A stretch of 64,000 nucleotides of DNA from Octopus bimaculoides (Eukaryota). Positions 1 through 12,200 of the stretch are shown here, piece after piece (position 1 is the stretch's first letter; each line of letters starts with the position of its first letter). Made by a program: the position numbers and the translations under genes. Location: the NCBI RefSeq assembly GCF_001194135.2, contig NC_068986.1, positions 2,486,348-2,550,347 of the forward strand, in the 5' to 3' direction. The notes under the pieces are model-generated. The model was not told the origin of the DNA. It did no database searches and was given only the letters and a program-made list of their open reading frames with translations.

Positions 1-221
1 TGTTTTTTTTTTGAGCATGCTAGTCTAACATTTAGGATATGAAGCAAAGTGCCATCATTTGCCACTAATGAAAGGATAATTTTTGAAACATCCACCTAGT
101 CCTTGTTTTCATCATCATCACCATTCTGCTATCACCAACACCATTTTTTATGTGTTAATGTTTATTATTATATTCTATGTCCATATTGTAAAGTAATGTA
201 TATTCTTCTTTCTAATTTTAG

Positions 222-290
222 AGTCCAGTAAAATCAAATACTCTGACAAAGCTACGTTATATTTTTACTCAGGAAATTTTTACTGAACAA
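222..290 (+). CDS. INTS2: INTS2 exon 1 in window (SPVKSNTLTKLRYIFTQEIFTEQ)
   Basis: Acceptor ttttag at 220-221, donor gtaaga at 291; 69 nt, phase 0/0; joins in frame to VITMHAVK. Not in the ORF track. Confidence 0.85.
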
Positions 291-3200
291 GTAAGAGAAT
301 TTTCTGTCAGATTTTTAAAAGACTAATGATTTCTCTAATTTATGAAATACCCTATATTTAATCCAAGATGGTGTAGTTAATGTAACCTTCAGATGATAAT
401 GCCTATGGTATAGAAAATAAACAAATGTTTATACATCTTGTTCCCATCACACAAGTGTCTTCATACTAACCAACTTAAAACTACTTCCGAATCTTTTATA
501 TGAAACCACCTGCTGTAACCCTTTAGCATTCAGATATTCCTCTGTCAAATGAAATGCTTATTTATTCACATTGTTTTGAATTAATCATGCATTATCTTGT
601 AGCTTCAAGATTTTGATGATGTAATTGATATTTTTAGCATGACAGTGTAATGTGAGAGGCTATAGATCTCGCTGGTATGAACACAAAAACAAGTAAAATA
701 TTTTGACCAGATGTGGATGGTTTAAATCTTAAAGGGTTAAAGAACATATTTAAATCAAAAATTTGCATAATAATTTTACTCAAGGTACTTTTATCAAATT
801 ATGTTCTGAACACCAGTTTATTAATAATGAAGTTAATTATTTCACTAGATACTACTGAATTCTTGAGTTTTTTCAAAATTAATGCAGACAGGTAGACAGT
901 GTATTTCATTAGAAATATGATCAAAAAAGGATTAAACTATAATAGAATAGAACTGAAGTGGTGATTAAATATATCTCTGTGTTGTTGTTGTTATGTAGCA
1001 TTGTAATACTATGTAACATAAGATATATTTACTAATTGCAGTTGTATATCGTGTTTTATATAACATATGCATTAGTAATTACCACTATGTACTGTGATGC
1101 TTCTCACATATGTCAGTGTTATTGTGTTGTGATGCGTAACATTATTATGCAGTAGTTTATTTTTTAAATAATTATTGCTATGTATTGTATGTAGCATTAT
1201 AACATAATGTTTGGATTTAGTAATCACCGTTACATATTGTGTTGTAGCAACCCACTCTCACTTTCTTTCTTTGCTTCTTTCAGGTCATTACAATGCATGC
1301 TGTCAAGGTACCAGTCACTCCACAATTGAATGCCAATATGACTGGTTATTTACCTGTTCATAGTATTTACCAGTTACTCAAGTCTTATTCTTTTGCCAAA
1401 CATAAAGTACCTATAAAAGTAAGTTCTTTGCAAAACCATCTCACATTGATCTCTTGCTCTAATATTGTTTTGCTCCGAACTTCCTCGGACATTGGCTTCC
1501 TTCTCTCCTTACACTCCTTTAAGCTACAAGATCTGGCAATGTTCCCACCTCGTATGGTGCCAGACAGTAGGATTAAAGTCCTATAAATTGAATATAGTCA
1601 ACAAGATTAATCACCCAAGTATGTATTTGATTAAGAAAATCAATCTAAATCAATTGGTTTTATTTTTCTCTTACTTGGGACAATAAAAATATATTTGTTG
1701 TTGTAATAAGGAAGAACAAGATTTTTAAATATTTTTTTTTTAATAGAAAGATTCAAATAAAAAAGGGTTAATATGTTGTTTGAAATCCTTGTAGAAATAT
1801 GTATGGAAATAGTTTCAAAGTAATGACATTCTAAGGCAGAAGATCTAGGTTGTTCTTGGAGAAATATGGAAGGCTTTGATTGAAATGGAACGACTACAGA
1901 GAATTTAGTAACAATGTGTTTGGAATGGGGAATAAAAAAAGTAGCAACATTTCATTGCTTGATGAAATGTTGAGGATTATCTACTTTACTCTTTTACTTG
2001 TTTCAGTCATTTGACTGTGGCCATGCTGGAGCACCGCCTTTAGTCGAACAAATCGACCCCATGGAAAATCTGCTAATAAATGAGATGACTTCTTTATTTT
2101 CTCTTGAATAATTATTTGATTTACTGTAATCTTTCTTATTTCAGGACTGGATATACAAGCAGATGCTCAATAGTTCAGTACCTTTACACACCAAATTGCC
2201 ACTGCTTATTGAGGTTTATGTGAATTCAATTCTTGTGAAGGGCAACAAGTCAGATTTCCAGAATGAACCTATTGGCGAACAGGAAGTGTTGGATGTCTTT
2301 AAAGAGTCCGTGTTTACTGTCCGCTCAAACTGCATGAGAGAAACTTCTAACCCTAATCAAAAGACAAGTGAGGAGCAACCTTGCCTCACGCCGCAACTTC
2401 TAATGTTATATTATATGCTACTGTATGAAGATTCTTTGCTCAATAACATGAGGTCAATTGGTAAGTTGTTACTTTAGTGATGATGTCAAATCGAAAAACA
2501 AATTTTGATTTTAAATCTGTTGTGTAAGCTCTCAGCAAACTGAGTATGAGATGTAGGTTTGATACCTGGTTGAAGCATCACGTTTATTTTATACTGTCTT
2601 TGCACCTGTGATTTCTGGTGTGGTCAATCACTTAGTGATGAGGGAAGAACAATACTCAAGATACTTTGCAAGACCTGCTAGATTAATGGGAGGCATAGAG
2701 GAAAGGATCCTCAAGCTGAAGACCTGGACCAAATTTTTGTGATGGAGTGGACCCTGCTAAAGATACCCAAGAAGTGGTGCCAAACCTGATGACAGGTCAA
2801 TTCTACTACCTAATAGGCCATGGCAGGTTTTGAACTCAGAACACAAAGAACCAAAACAGTTACTGCAAAACATCTCACCCAACTCTCTAACAATTCAGCC
2901 AGTCCTCTGCCTTCAACTGATACTTCAGTTATGGGACCCTGGAAGGATGAAAAACAAGGTTGAACTAAGAACACCTCTCTCTCTCTCTCTCCCTGGCATT
3001 TTGTCTGGTACTCTAATGACTCTGCCAATAATTTGCTGCCTGGCATATTCTATGAAGATGAAGTTCTTCATTAATGATTCAATAACTAATGAACCACGAT
3101 GGGATGTTGTTCATATTTCAAGTTATTGTTTGTGTTGAGTAGTTCTATTACATGGATGTAGGGCTAACTCATGGTTAGTTTTGACCCACAAGGGCCCTAC

Positions 3201-6200
3201 AAATTGCAGTGTCAACTTCTTACCTAAAATTCTCTGTGTGATGCCATTCATCTTCTGTCAATCCCTTACTGGATAAAAGTCTTGTCATGCCATACCTGTG
3301 TTGGTTGTAGGCTTATCTGTACATGCCAGCCAATTATGGGTTGGATAGGGTGCTCCTGTAGTTATATGATTACTTCTTGCCATTGTAACCCTAGGCATGA
3401 TCTGAACTCAGAATTCAAAGACCTGGAACAGATTCTGCCAAAATATCTTTTCTAATATTTCTAGCAATTCTATCAATCCACTGACCTGGCCGGGTATTTT
3501 AGTCATCTATACTGAAAGAAAGGCAAAGTTGATCTAGGCAGGACTCGAACCCAGAGTGTAGAAATCCAAAACAACATTCTATTTGATGCTCTAATGACTC
3601 TGCCAATTTGTCATGTACAGCTATTATTCTTAAATGTGTTGATAATGAAATATATTGAATGAAATTCTCCAAGTAACAGTCCCTATCTGTATTATTTGTT
3701 TATTCTTCATTCTCTACAATCATCAATTTCAGTGAGCTGCAACCGTAAAATTAAGGTTTATCCCGAATATGTGATGGAAGAAATTCCCATAAATTTTCTA
3801 ATTCAAGAGGCTCAGAAAAACCAACACTTTTATGCTGGTCTATTTTCTCCTCTTTTAAGGTTAGTAACACAGCTTTGCTTACATTAAAACAAATGTTTGT
3901 TAGTATTTACCCACATCTTTAAAAAAAATGTAGCAAATATAGGCTTGGTCCAAGGTGAAGAAGTTTGCTTTGGAACCCTGTGGTTCTGGGTTAATTCCCA
4001 CTGTGGTCGGTGCCATCTACTATAACTTGGGCCAACTAATATTTGGGGAGTAATTTTGGAGATGGAAACTGGAAGAAACTTGTCATATATATTTTCATAT
4101 ACATCACCATCATCATCATCGTTTAACGTCCGCTTTCCATGCTAGCATGAGTTGGACGATTTGACTGAAGACTGGTGAACCAGAGTTTCTACAGCTGGAT
4201 GCCCTTCCTAATGCCAACCACTCCAAGAGTGTAGTGGGTGCTTTTATGTACATAAATAAATTTGTGTGTTCTTGTTTCAACATGTATGCACTGACTATAA
4301 TGAAGATCATCATTCATACAAAACATAGTTTTATGTTTACAGTTTTTCCATGCAAAGCATATTCAGCTTGATAGACCTAGGAAAATATTACCATACTTGG
4401 AAACAGATGAGAGTTGGTGACAGGAAGAGCATCCAGCCATAGAAAGATTTAATTCAACATTGTTCCCTCTGACTCATACATGGAAAACCAACGGAAGTGT
4501 TGATGTGGATGTATGCAATTTACAGAAATGACTCCGGCATAACTGAATGATTACTTCACTATGATGAGGTTAACTTTGCAGACATGAGCTCCTGAGGTTG
4601 AACCCACTCTGTGACATCTTGGGCAAATGACTTTTACCATTATCACCACAATGATATCATTTATATCATCATCATCATCAACATCATTATTTAACATCTG
4701 TCTGCAATGCTGGCATGGGTTGGATGGTTTGACAGATGCTGGCAAGCTAGAAGGTTGCACCAGGTTCAAAGGATCTATTTTGGCACAGTCTCTATGGCTG
4801 GATGCCCTTCCTAACACCAGCCACTTTATGGATGCTTTTTACACTCTGTAAAATGGTTGGCATTAGACATGTTGAAAAAATATAAAGAAATAAGAATCAT
4901 CTCTTCAGTCCTTTTAAAACATATTTCCCTCTCTTTTGCAGGTTACTAGCAACACATTATCCACATTTGTGTCTCGTGGAGGATTGGTTGGGAGAGTCTG
5001 TGGCTCCAGTAGGACTTTTGCCCTCTTTAGGAGCTTCCTCTAAGAACGTATGCACCCCTGATGCTTTTCAGAAAGGTAAATATATTTTTTCCTGAGATGC
5101 AGTTGTTTTTTTAAATAATTTCATCTCAGATTGTGTCTTGGGACTTCATCATGGTTAAGACATAGTTATCATTAACCCTTTAGTGTTTCAAGAGTCAATG
5201 AATGAAATAGAAATCCTTAACCCTTTAGCATTTAAACCAGTCGTGTTCTACTTGCTTTATGTTTAAACTGGTCAGATCTGTCCTCTCACACCTATCCTAG
5301 AATGTCATTCTAAAAATAAATAATCCCCTCATTGAACTCCCAAAGCTACAAAGATAATACATGATTACTTCAAAACAATGGGAATAAATACACATTGAAT
5401 ATGACAGAATAACTAGAATGTGAAAGAGTTAAATGTTGTTGTATCCAGTCGTAAACATGCACAAGAAAGGTATTGGTTCCTTTCAGTCAACAAAATTCCA
5501 AATTCAATGCAGTTATCGAGATTCACAAACTAATCTGTGGAATGAAAATAAATTTAGAGCAAAACAAAAATTGCATAACCTGATTAGCATAGAGTTAATT
5601 GACTCCAGTTGTTCTGCGTGGTATATTTGAGAGTTATATTTGTGTGCAGGTTTAGTGATAGTGGATATGTCGGACAGGAAGGAACTATCAAGTCGTAACT
5701 AAGAATAAATAAACATATCTTCTGGATACAATGGTGATTGTAAGTGTATGTAAACAAGTTGTCGTTTAGTCCCAACGCAGCTCTGATCAAGCACGTCCCT
5801 GATCAGAGGCACTACAAATGTGACCATCCCATCTTTTTAAGAATATCTGCTTTTCCCTTTTCTCTTTTAAGACATTAGAATGGGATTTGAAACAATTTGG
5901 CTACTATTTTTACTGGATCAAACAACCACATAAGGGCTTCTTCATTAGCTCATTAAACAATTAAATGAATTTCTGAGATGTTCTATCAGATTTTCTTTTA
6001 TACTTATATAAATCTGATCATTCTGACTTCTCCATTGTTTTCTTAAAAAATCATTTTTATGATTTAATCATCATCATCATCATCGTTTAATGTCCGCTTT
6101 CCATGCTAGCATGGGTTGGACGATTTGACTGAGGACTGGTGAAACCGGATGGCAACACCAGGCTCCAATCTGATTTGGCAGAGTTTCTACAGCTGGATGC

Positions 6201-9200
6201 CCTTCCTAACGCCAACCACTCAGAGAGTGTAGTGGGTGCTTTTACGTGTCACCCGTACGAAGGCCAGTCAGGCGGTACTGGCAACGGCCACGCTCAAAAT
6301 GGAGTCTTAATATCTAGTTAATTATGTATTCCATATATAAAATGATATTAATGGCTTGTAGGTACGTGGTATTTCATTATGCAACCGTAATATACTATAA
6401 AGTATATTAAATGTTTTTATGAGGCAACACCATGTCCTACTGCATTAGCAATGCTTATTATATTATTTTGTTGTGCAAGTGGCACGTAAAAAACACCTTT
6501 TGAGCATGGCCGTTGCCAGTACCGCCTGACTGGCCCTTGTGTCGGTGGCATGTAAAAGCACCCACTACACTCTCATAGTGGTTGGCGTTAGGAAGGGCAT
6601 CCAGCTGTAGAAACAACAACACTGGTGCCAAGCTGAATTGGTCTGGCTTTTCCCTTAGATAAATAGTGGTAGTGTGGAGACGGGAGACTTGCATGCATGG
6701 AGAATTGCTGGTCTTCTTCCAAAAGATCTAGCTCAGACTGGGGCATAATGTATAATTGCATGGTAAATACTGACTGATAGAAGCCTAAAACATTTAATAA
6801 AAAAATTTTCTTTACAGCAACCTTATTAGATTGCATTTACTTCAATGTGACTTTAAAATGTAAAAAAAGATTCCTTTATTGCTAATCTATACATTTTATT
6901 TATCTCTACCAACAGCTGTTGATGATGTTGCTAAGAAGCAACAATGTCCGTTGGCCATTTTCCAGCTTCTGGACAGCTTACTGTTAATTCCTGCTCGGGA
7001 TTTACTTGTGTATGCTGACTGTGTGGTGGCTGCTTTACCTTCCATTCTGAATGCTTCAGTTCCACGTCGAGTCCAAGATCTAATCAAGAAAATTTGGTTC
7101 CGGTTACATGGTCTTATGCCTCGAAGGTAATTGTTTCACTTATTTCTTCAACCCTTTAGCATTCAGATTACTCTCTCAAATACAATGCTTATTTATTCAC
7201 ATTGTTTTTATTTATCATGCATTATCTCATAACCTCTTAATGATGTGATTGCTTATTTTTAGAATGACATTGTAGGGCAGGTGTGAGAGGCCAAATCTAA
7301 CTTGTTTCAACATAAAACATGTAGAATATTTGGATCAGATACGGATGGTTTAAATGCGAAAGTGTCAAATGAATTTCATACTGTGTGAATTAGTATCGTG
7401 GAGGCACAATGGCCCAGTGTTTAAGGCAGCGGACTCGCGGTCATAGGGTCGCGGTTTCGATTCCCAGACCGGGCGTTGTGAGTGTTTATTGAGCGAAAAC
7501 ACCTAAAAGCTCCACAAGGCTCTGGCAAGGGATGGTGGCGAACCCTGCTGTACTCTTTCACCACAACTTTCTCTCACTCTTTCTTCTTGTTTCTGTTGTG
7601 CCTGTAATTCAAAGGGTCAGCCTTGTCACAATCTGTGTCACTCTGAATATCCCCAAGAACTACGTTAAGGGTACACGTGTCTGTGGAGTGCTCATCCACT
7701 TGCACGTTAATTTCACGAGCAGGCTGTTCCGTTGATCGGATCAACTGGAACCCTCAACGTTGTAAGCGACAGAGTGCCAACAACAACGAATTTGTATCTT
7801 TCATTAAACTATGAACACAAACCTGGCCGTGGAGTAAAATGTTTTCTTCTCAGTCGTATTGTTTTGGGGTTTGATTCCACTGTGAAGCATCTGAAGCAAG
7901 TATTTTTGTACCATAGCCTTAGGTTAACTCAAGCCTTGTGAGTTAAACTGTGTTGACAGAAACTGTACTGAAGTCCATTGGATAGACTGTACAAATATGA
8001 AACAAATACAGTCTATTTGTTTTAAGTGGTAAGCTTAATCCATCTTTTGTTTTCAATACCACCATCTGGTAACCTGCATGCATTCAGATCAGATCTCCAT
8101 TCTGAGGATAACTCACAGATTATGGAATGCTAAAAGAGCCAGAACAGATGCTGCAGGGCATCTTTCGCAACTAATCCACTGCCTTGAATTGAGACTCTTT
8201 TATTGACCTTGAAAGGATGAAAGGTAAATTTGAACTTGGTGGGATTTGAACTTCATGTGCTGGATTACTATGTAGACATGAGTTCAAATCTTACTACAGC
8301 AATTGCAGTTTGTTCCTGAATAAAGCACATAATTTAACATCATCATCTCTGACCTTATCCATATCAGGACAATTACCCCTGATGACAACTACCCTCTTGG
8401 TTAATTACCCCCTCTCCAATATATTAAGAATTTTTAAATCATTGTCTGTTGTCCTTGGTGGGTTATTGTGCATGAAGGTGTAAATGTCCTAGACTCGACC
8501 TCATCACCGCTGCTGCCATCATCTCTGACCTCATCACCTCTGACATCAACTTTGACCTTATTACCTCTGACATGGTCACTTCTTTAACTTATCTTTTGTT
8601 ACTTCTGGTTATTTCATTTTTTTCTTCTTCTTTTTGTCATTTTACCTTTTGCTTTGTTTTCTTTCAGGTTACGTCTCATGACAGTCAACGCTCTCAGAAT
8701 CAATCATAACGGTGTCAAATCTGCTGTCCCTGTATCAGAGAACGACATCACTGTCGATCCCCTAGTTGTTCTTCAGTGTGATAACCGAGTATTTAGGTAA
8801 GTTAGCTCTTTGTTATGCGGAATATCATCATCATCATCATCATTTTAACATTACACCTTTCTATGCTTGTATGGATCTCATGTTTATGGTATCACTGAGA
8901 ATAGGGGTGTGAAGAATGTGATGTGGAGACTTGGCTTTTAATTTACATCTGCAGACTTATATATACTAATTATACATACTAACATAAGAAGTTGATATTT
9001 ACTAGTGTATGCGTGTGTGTGTGCATGTGTGTGTGAAAAGTTCCTGGCTTTAAAGGTTTTGTGAAAGGACTGGTTGGATCCCCCAACTTTCCAAGTTCAT
9101 TTTACAGGGCTTAGAGAAACTGAAGGACCACTGCAATAAGTGTATGAATCTGAAAGGGAACATGTTGAATAAAATAATTAACTGATCCTCCCCTATTTTC

Positions 9201-12200
9201 TTTTACTGAAAGCTAGGAACTTTTCAACACCCCCTCATATAATCAAATACAGTTCCAACAGTGGTGTAATTGATGTCATAGGATAGGCATGAACTTCACA
9301 ACTCTGATTTTTCTTCTTCTCCTCTACAAAAATCTTAGTCTTTACACCTACAGTACAGCGTGCCCCTACCAAGACACCATGAGAGTGAGACATAGCAAGC
9401 TATGTCTAGAAACAAGATATGAACTGAACAAGATAAGCAAAGCGATATGATAAACAGCCTAGACCAGTTCAATAGCCTGACTGTTTTGTAAATCTCTGAC
9501 AGAATTACAAGAGCTAACGTAAACAGCAATGGATACTTTTAATCTTAAATGTAAAATTGTACTTTCTATCTGAGCCAGATGACGTTTTAACTGTCCTTCT
9601 GAATGAATTACACACATTCATGTCACAAGAGGTCAATACATTTAATGATTATGTAACAACAGGTGTGGGTTGGGTTTTTTATAAGCACGAAATGTCTGAG
9701 TTATAAGATAAAAAGATGGGAAGTTGTGATGTACATGCCTGTACATAGTAAAGTAATATGTGTGAAGCTTTGTTCAGATACTCCGATAAGGAATCAGAAA
9801 TCAGTCAGGTTGCATACATCTTCCACTGATTATATAATAATGATATATTATAAACCTATAAAGGTAGGCGGAGGTATTGCTGCATGGTTAAGAAGCTTGC
9901 TTCCCAACCATCTCAGGTTCAGTCCCACGGTGTGGCACCTTAGGCAAGTATTTTCTGCTTAGAGCCCCAGGCCAGATAAAACCTTGTGAGTGGGACAGAA
10001 ATAGGTGTCTTGCAGTAGGGGAGGTACATGGTGGCCTCATTTGGGAAAGGAGAGGTTGAGAGTAGAGCGAGAGAAGAGGGTGAAGATGTGTTGGGGTGCA
10101 TACTCAAGTTACAGGGAAAGGTATATAAAGTGAAGTGAAGTGATACTGACTGAGGATTGGGTTAGGGTGAGTGGGCAAGTAAGTTTGCAAGAGTGCAAAA
10201 GGAGAAGGGGGGATGGTGGAGAAGAGAATGCAGTGAGTGAACATGGGTGGAGGGAAAGGGGGGGGTAGGGAGATGAGCTGCAGGGAAGAGAGAGACTTGT
10301 CAGGGACGGACTCGTGTGTGGGTAAGTTTGCAAGGTTGCAAATCAGACAAATCAGTAGATTTGTTAGGACATTGGAAAGAATACTTTGCAGTGTTTGTTC
10401 CAACTTTCTGCACTCTTGAGTTAAAGTCTTGCCAAGGTCAACTTTGCCCAATATCTTATGATTATGTAAAACTTTGATATCTCTTAATCTTATGAAGCCT
10501 TGACATCATTCTGAAAGAACATCTCTGTTTTCATTGTAATTATGTTGGAGGTTTTATTTTGTTTTTTTTCAAATGTTTTGGCTGTGTCACAAAGCTCTTC
10601 TAATGAGGCATAATTATCCAGTATCTGAGTCGAAACATCATGTAGTTGGTGATTATAAATGTTATCTAGAATATAGAATATTTAAATCATAAGTGATTAA
10701 CATTTTTGTCAATATTTTTACAGATAACTTACATTCTTAGTTTACATCCAGCTGTAGTTGAGTTTATCTTTCATTCTTCCAGGATTGATAAAATTAAGTA
10801 CTAGTCAGGAATTTGGGTTGGAAAATAATTGGCTATAACCCTGTCCAAACTTGAGGCATTATTTCTGTATTAGAGATCAATATTTTCATTCTATTTAGAA
10901 CTGTTTGAGATTTCTTAAGTTGTGAAAAGTGACTCCTCTGTTAAAAAGTTCCATTCTAAGGTATTTATTTTCATTAAGGTTGTTTTTCTAATTGTAAACA
11001 TGTATAAAAGTAAATTAATGAAATTTTCATTAATAAAGCATAAGGCAGTGAACTAGCTGAATTGTTAGTGCATCAGATAATATGCTCAGTCCAGCTCTTT
11101 TCATTGTGAGTTCAAATTCCAGCAAGGTCAATTTTGCCTTTCATCCTTCCAGGATTGATAAAATAAAGTGCCAGTCAAGTACTAGGGTAGATATAATGAC
11201 ATATCCTTTCCCCTGAAAGTATTGATCTTGTGCCAAAATTAGAAAGAATTAATTAAATGTATATACTTCTTAACCATACAGCCATGTGCTGGTATGGCTT
11301 TGTGGTTAAGTACTTCACTACACAGCCATGTTTCAAGTTCAGTCCCACTGAACAGTACCTTGGGCAAGTATCTTATAGCTCTGGAGTGCCCAATGCCTTG
11401 TAGGTGAATTTAGTAGACAAAATTTGGGAAACTGTACAAAGCCTGTGTACATATGAGTGCCTTTGCAAATGTTTACATTCTGTACTTCTTCAAAAAATTG
11501 TTGAACTGCAGATGGTGACATTGTTGACAAATCATTCAGAAACTGGCACTAGGGAGGTCACCATTTAGCTCAAAATAGCTGCTAAAATAACTTTGTTATT
11601 AGTAAGTTCTGCAGATCCTAAATTATTAAAAGAAAGGGACAAAAAGAGAACATTACATAAACCAAAAGGAGTTTCCAAATTCCTTAAAGTATTTCTTAAA
11701 AACAAGATAGATATCTAATATTTGTTTTTTGTTTTTTTTTTTGTTTTTTTTTTCTTTTCAGATGTCCCCCTGTATTGGAGATTGTGTTACGGGTTCTTGA
11801 AGCTTACATACAGGCATGCCGGGTGTTTCTATCCAGTCATATAGCTTCGCATCCTCTCTTTGAGAACCCTGGTTTCAACAATGCTCAAGATCAGGACAAA
11901 AAAGACAAGGAAAAATTGCAAGATAAAACTTCAGTTTCTTTAGAGCAAGAAAGAAAAGAACTGAAAAATGCTTTGACATCTGCACAAGAAAGTGCAGTAG
12001 TGCAGATCTTATTGGAATGTTGCCTTAGACAACCAGATGAAATGGTAAGCTCGTGTTGAGGTTGTTTAATCCTTTCTCTGATCTGATTGAGCAGAACAAT
12101 AGTTAAAAGGGTTCCAGTTATGGCTACCCTTGTCTTTTTCCGTAGTCTAAGCCAAGAGTATCAAACATAGGGCCTGCAAGCTAGATCCAGCCCCTAGCTC

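Noticed and set aside
7398-7475. tRNA genes here and at the heads of other SINE copies
   Set aside because: The A/B boxes are present, but the heads continue into SINE bodies with tails and target duplications, and I could not fold a complete cloverleaf.
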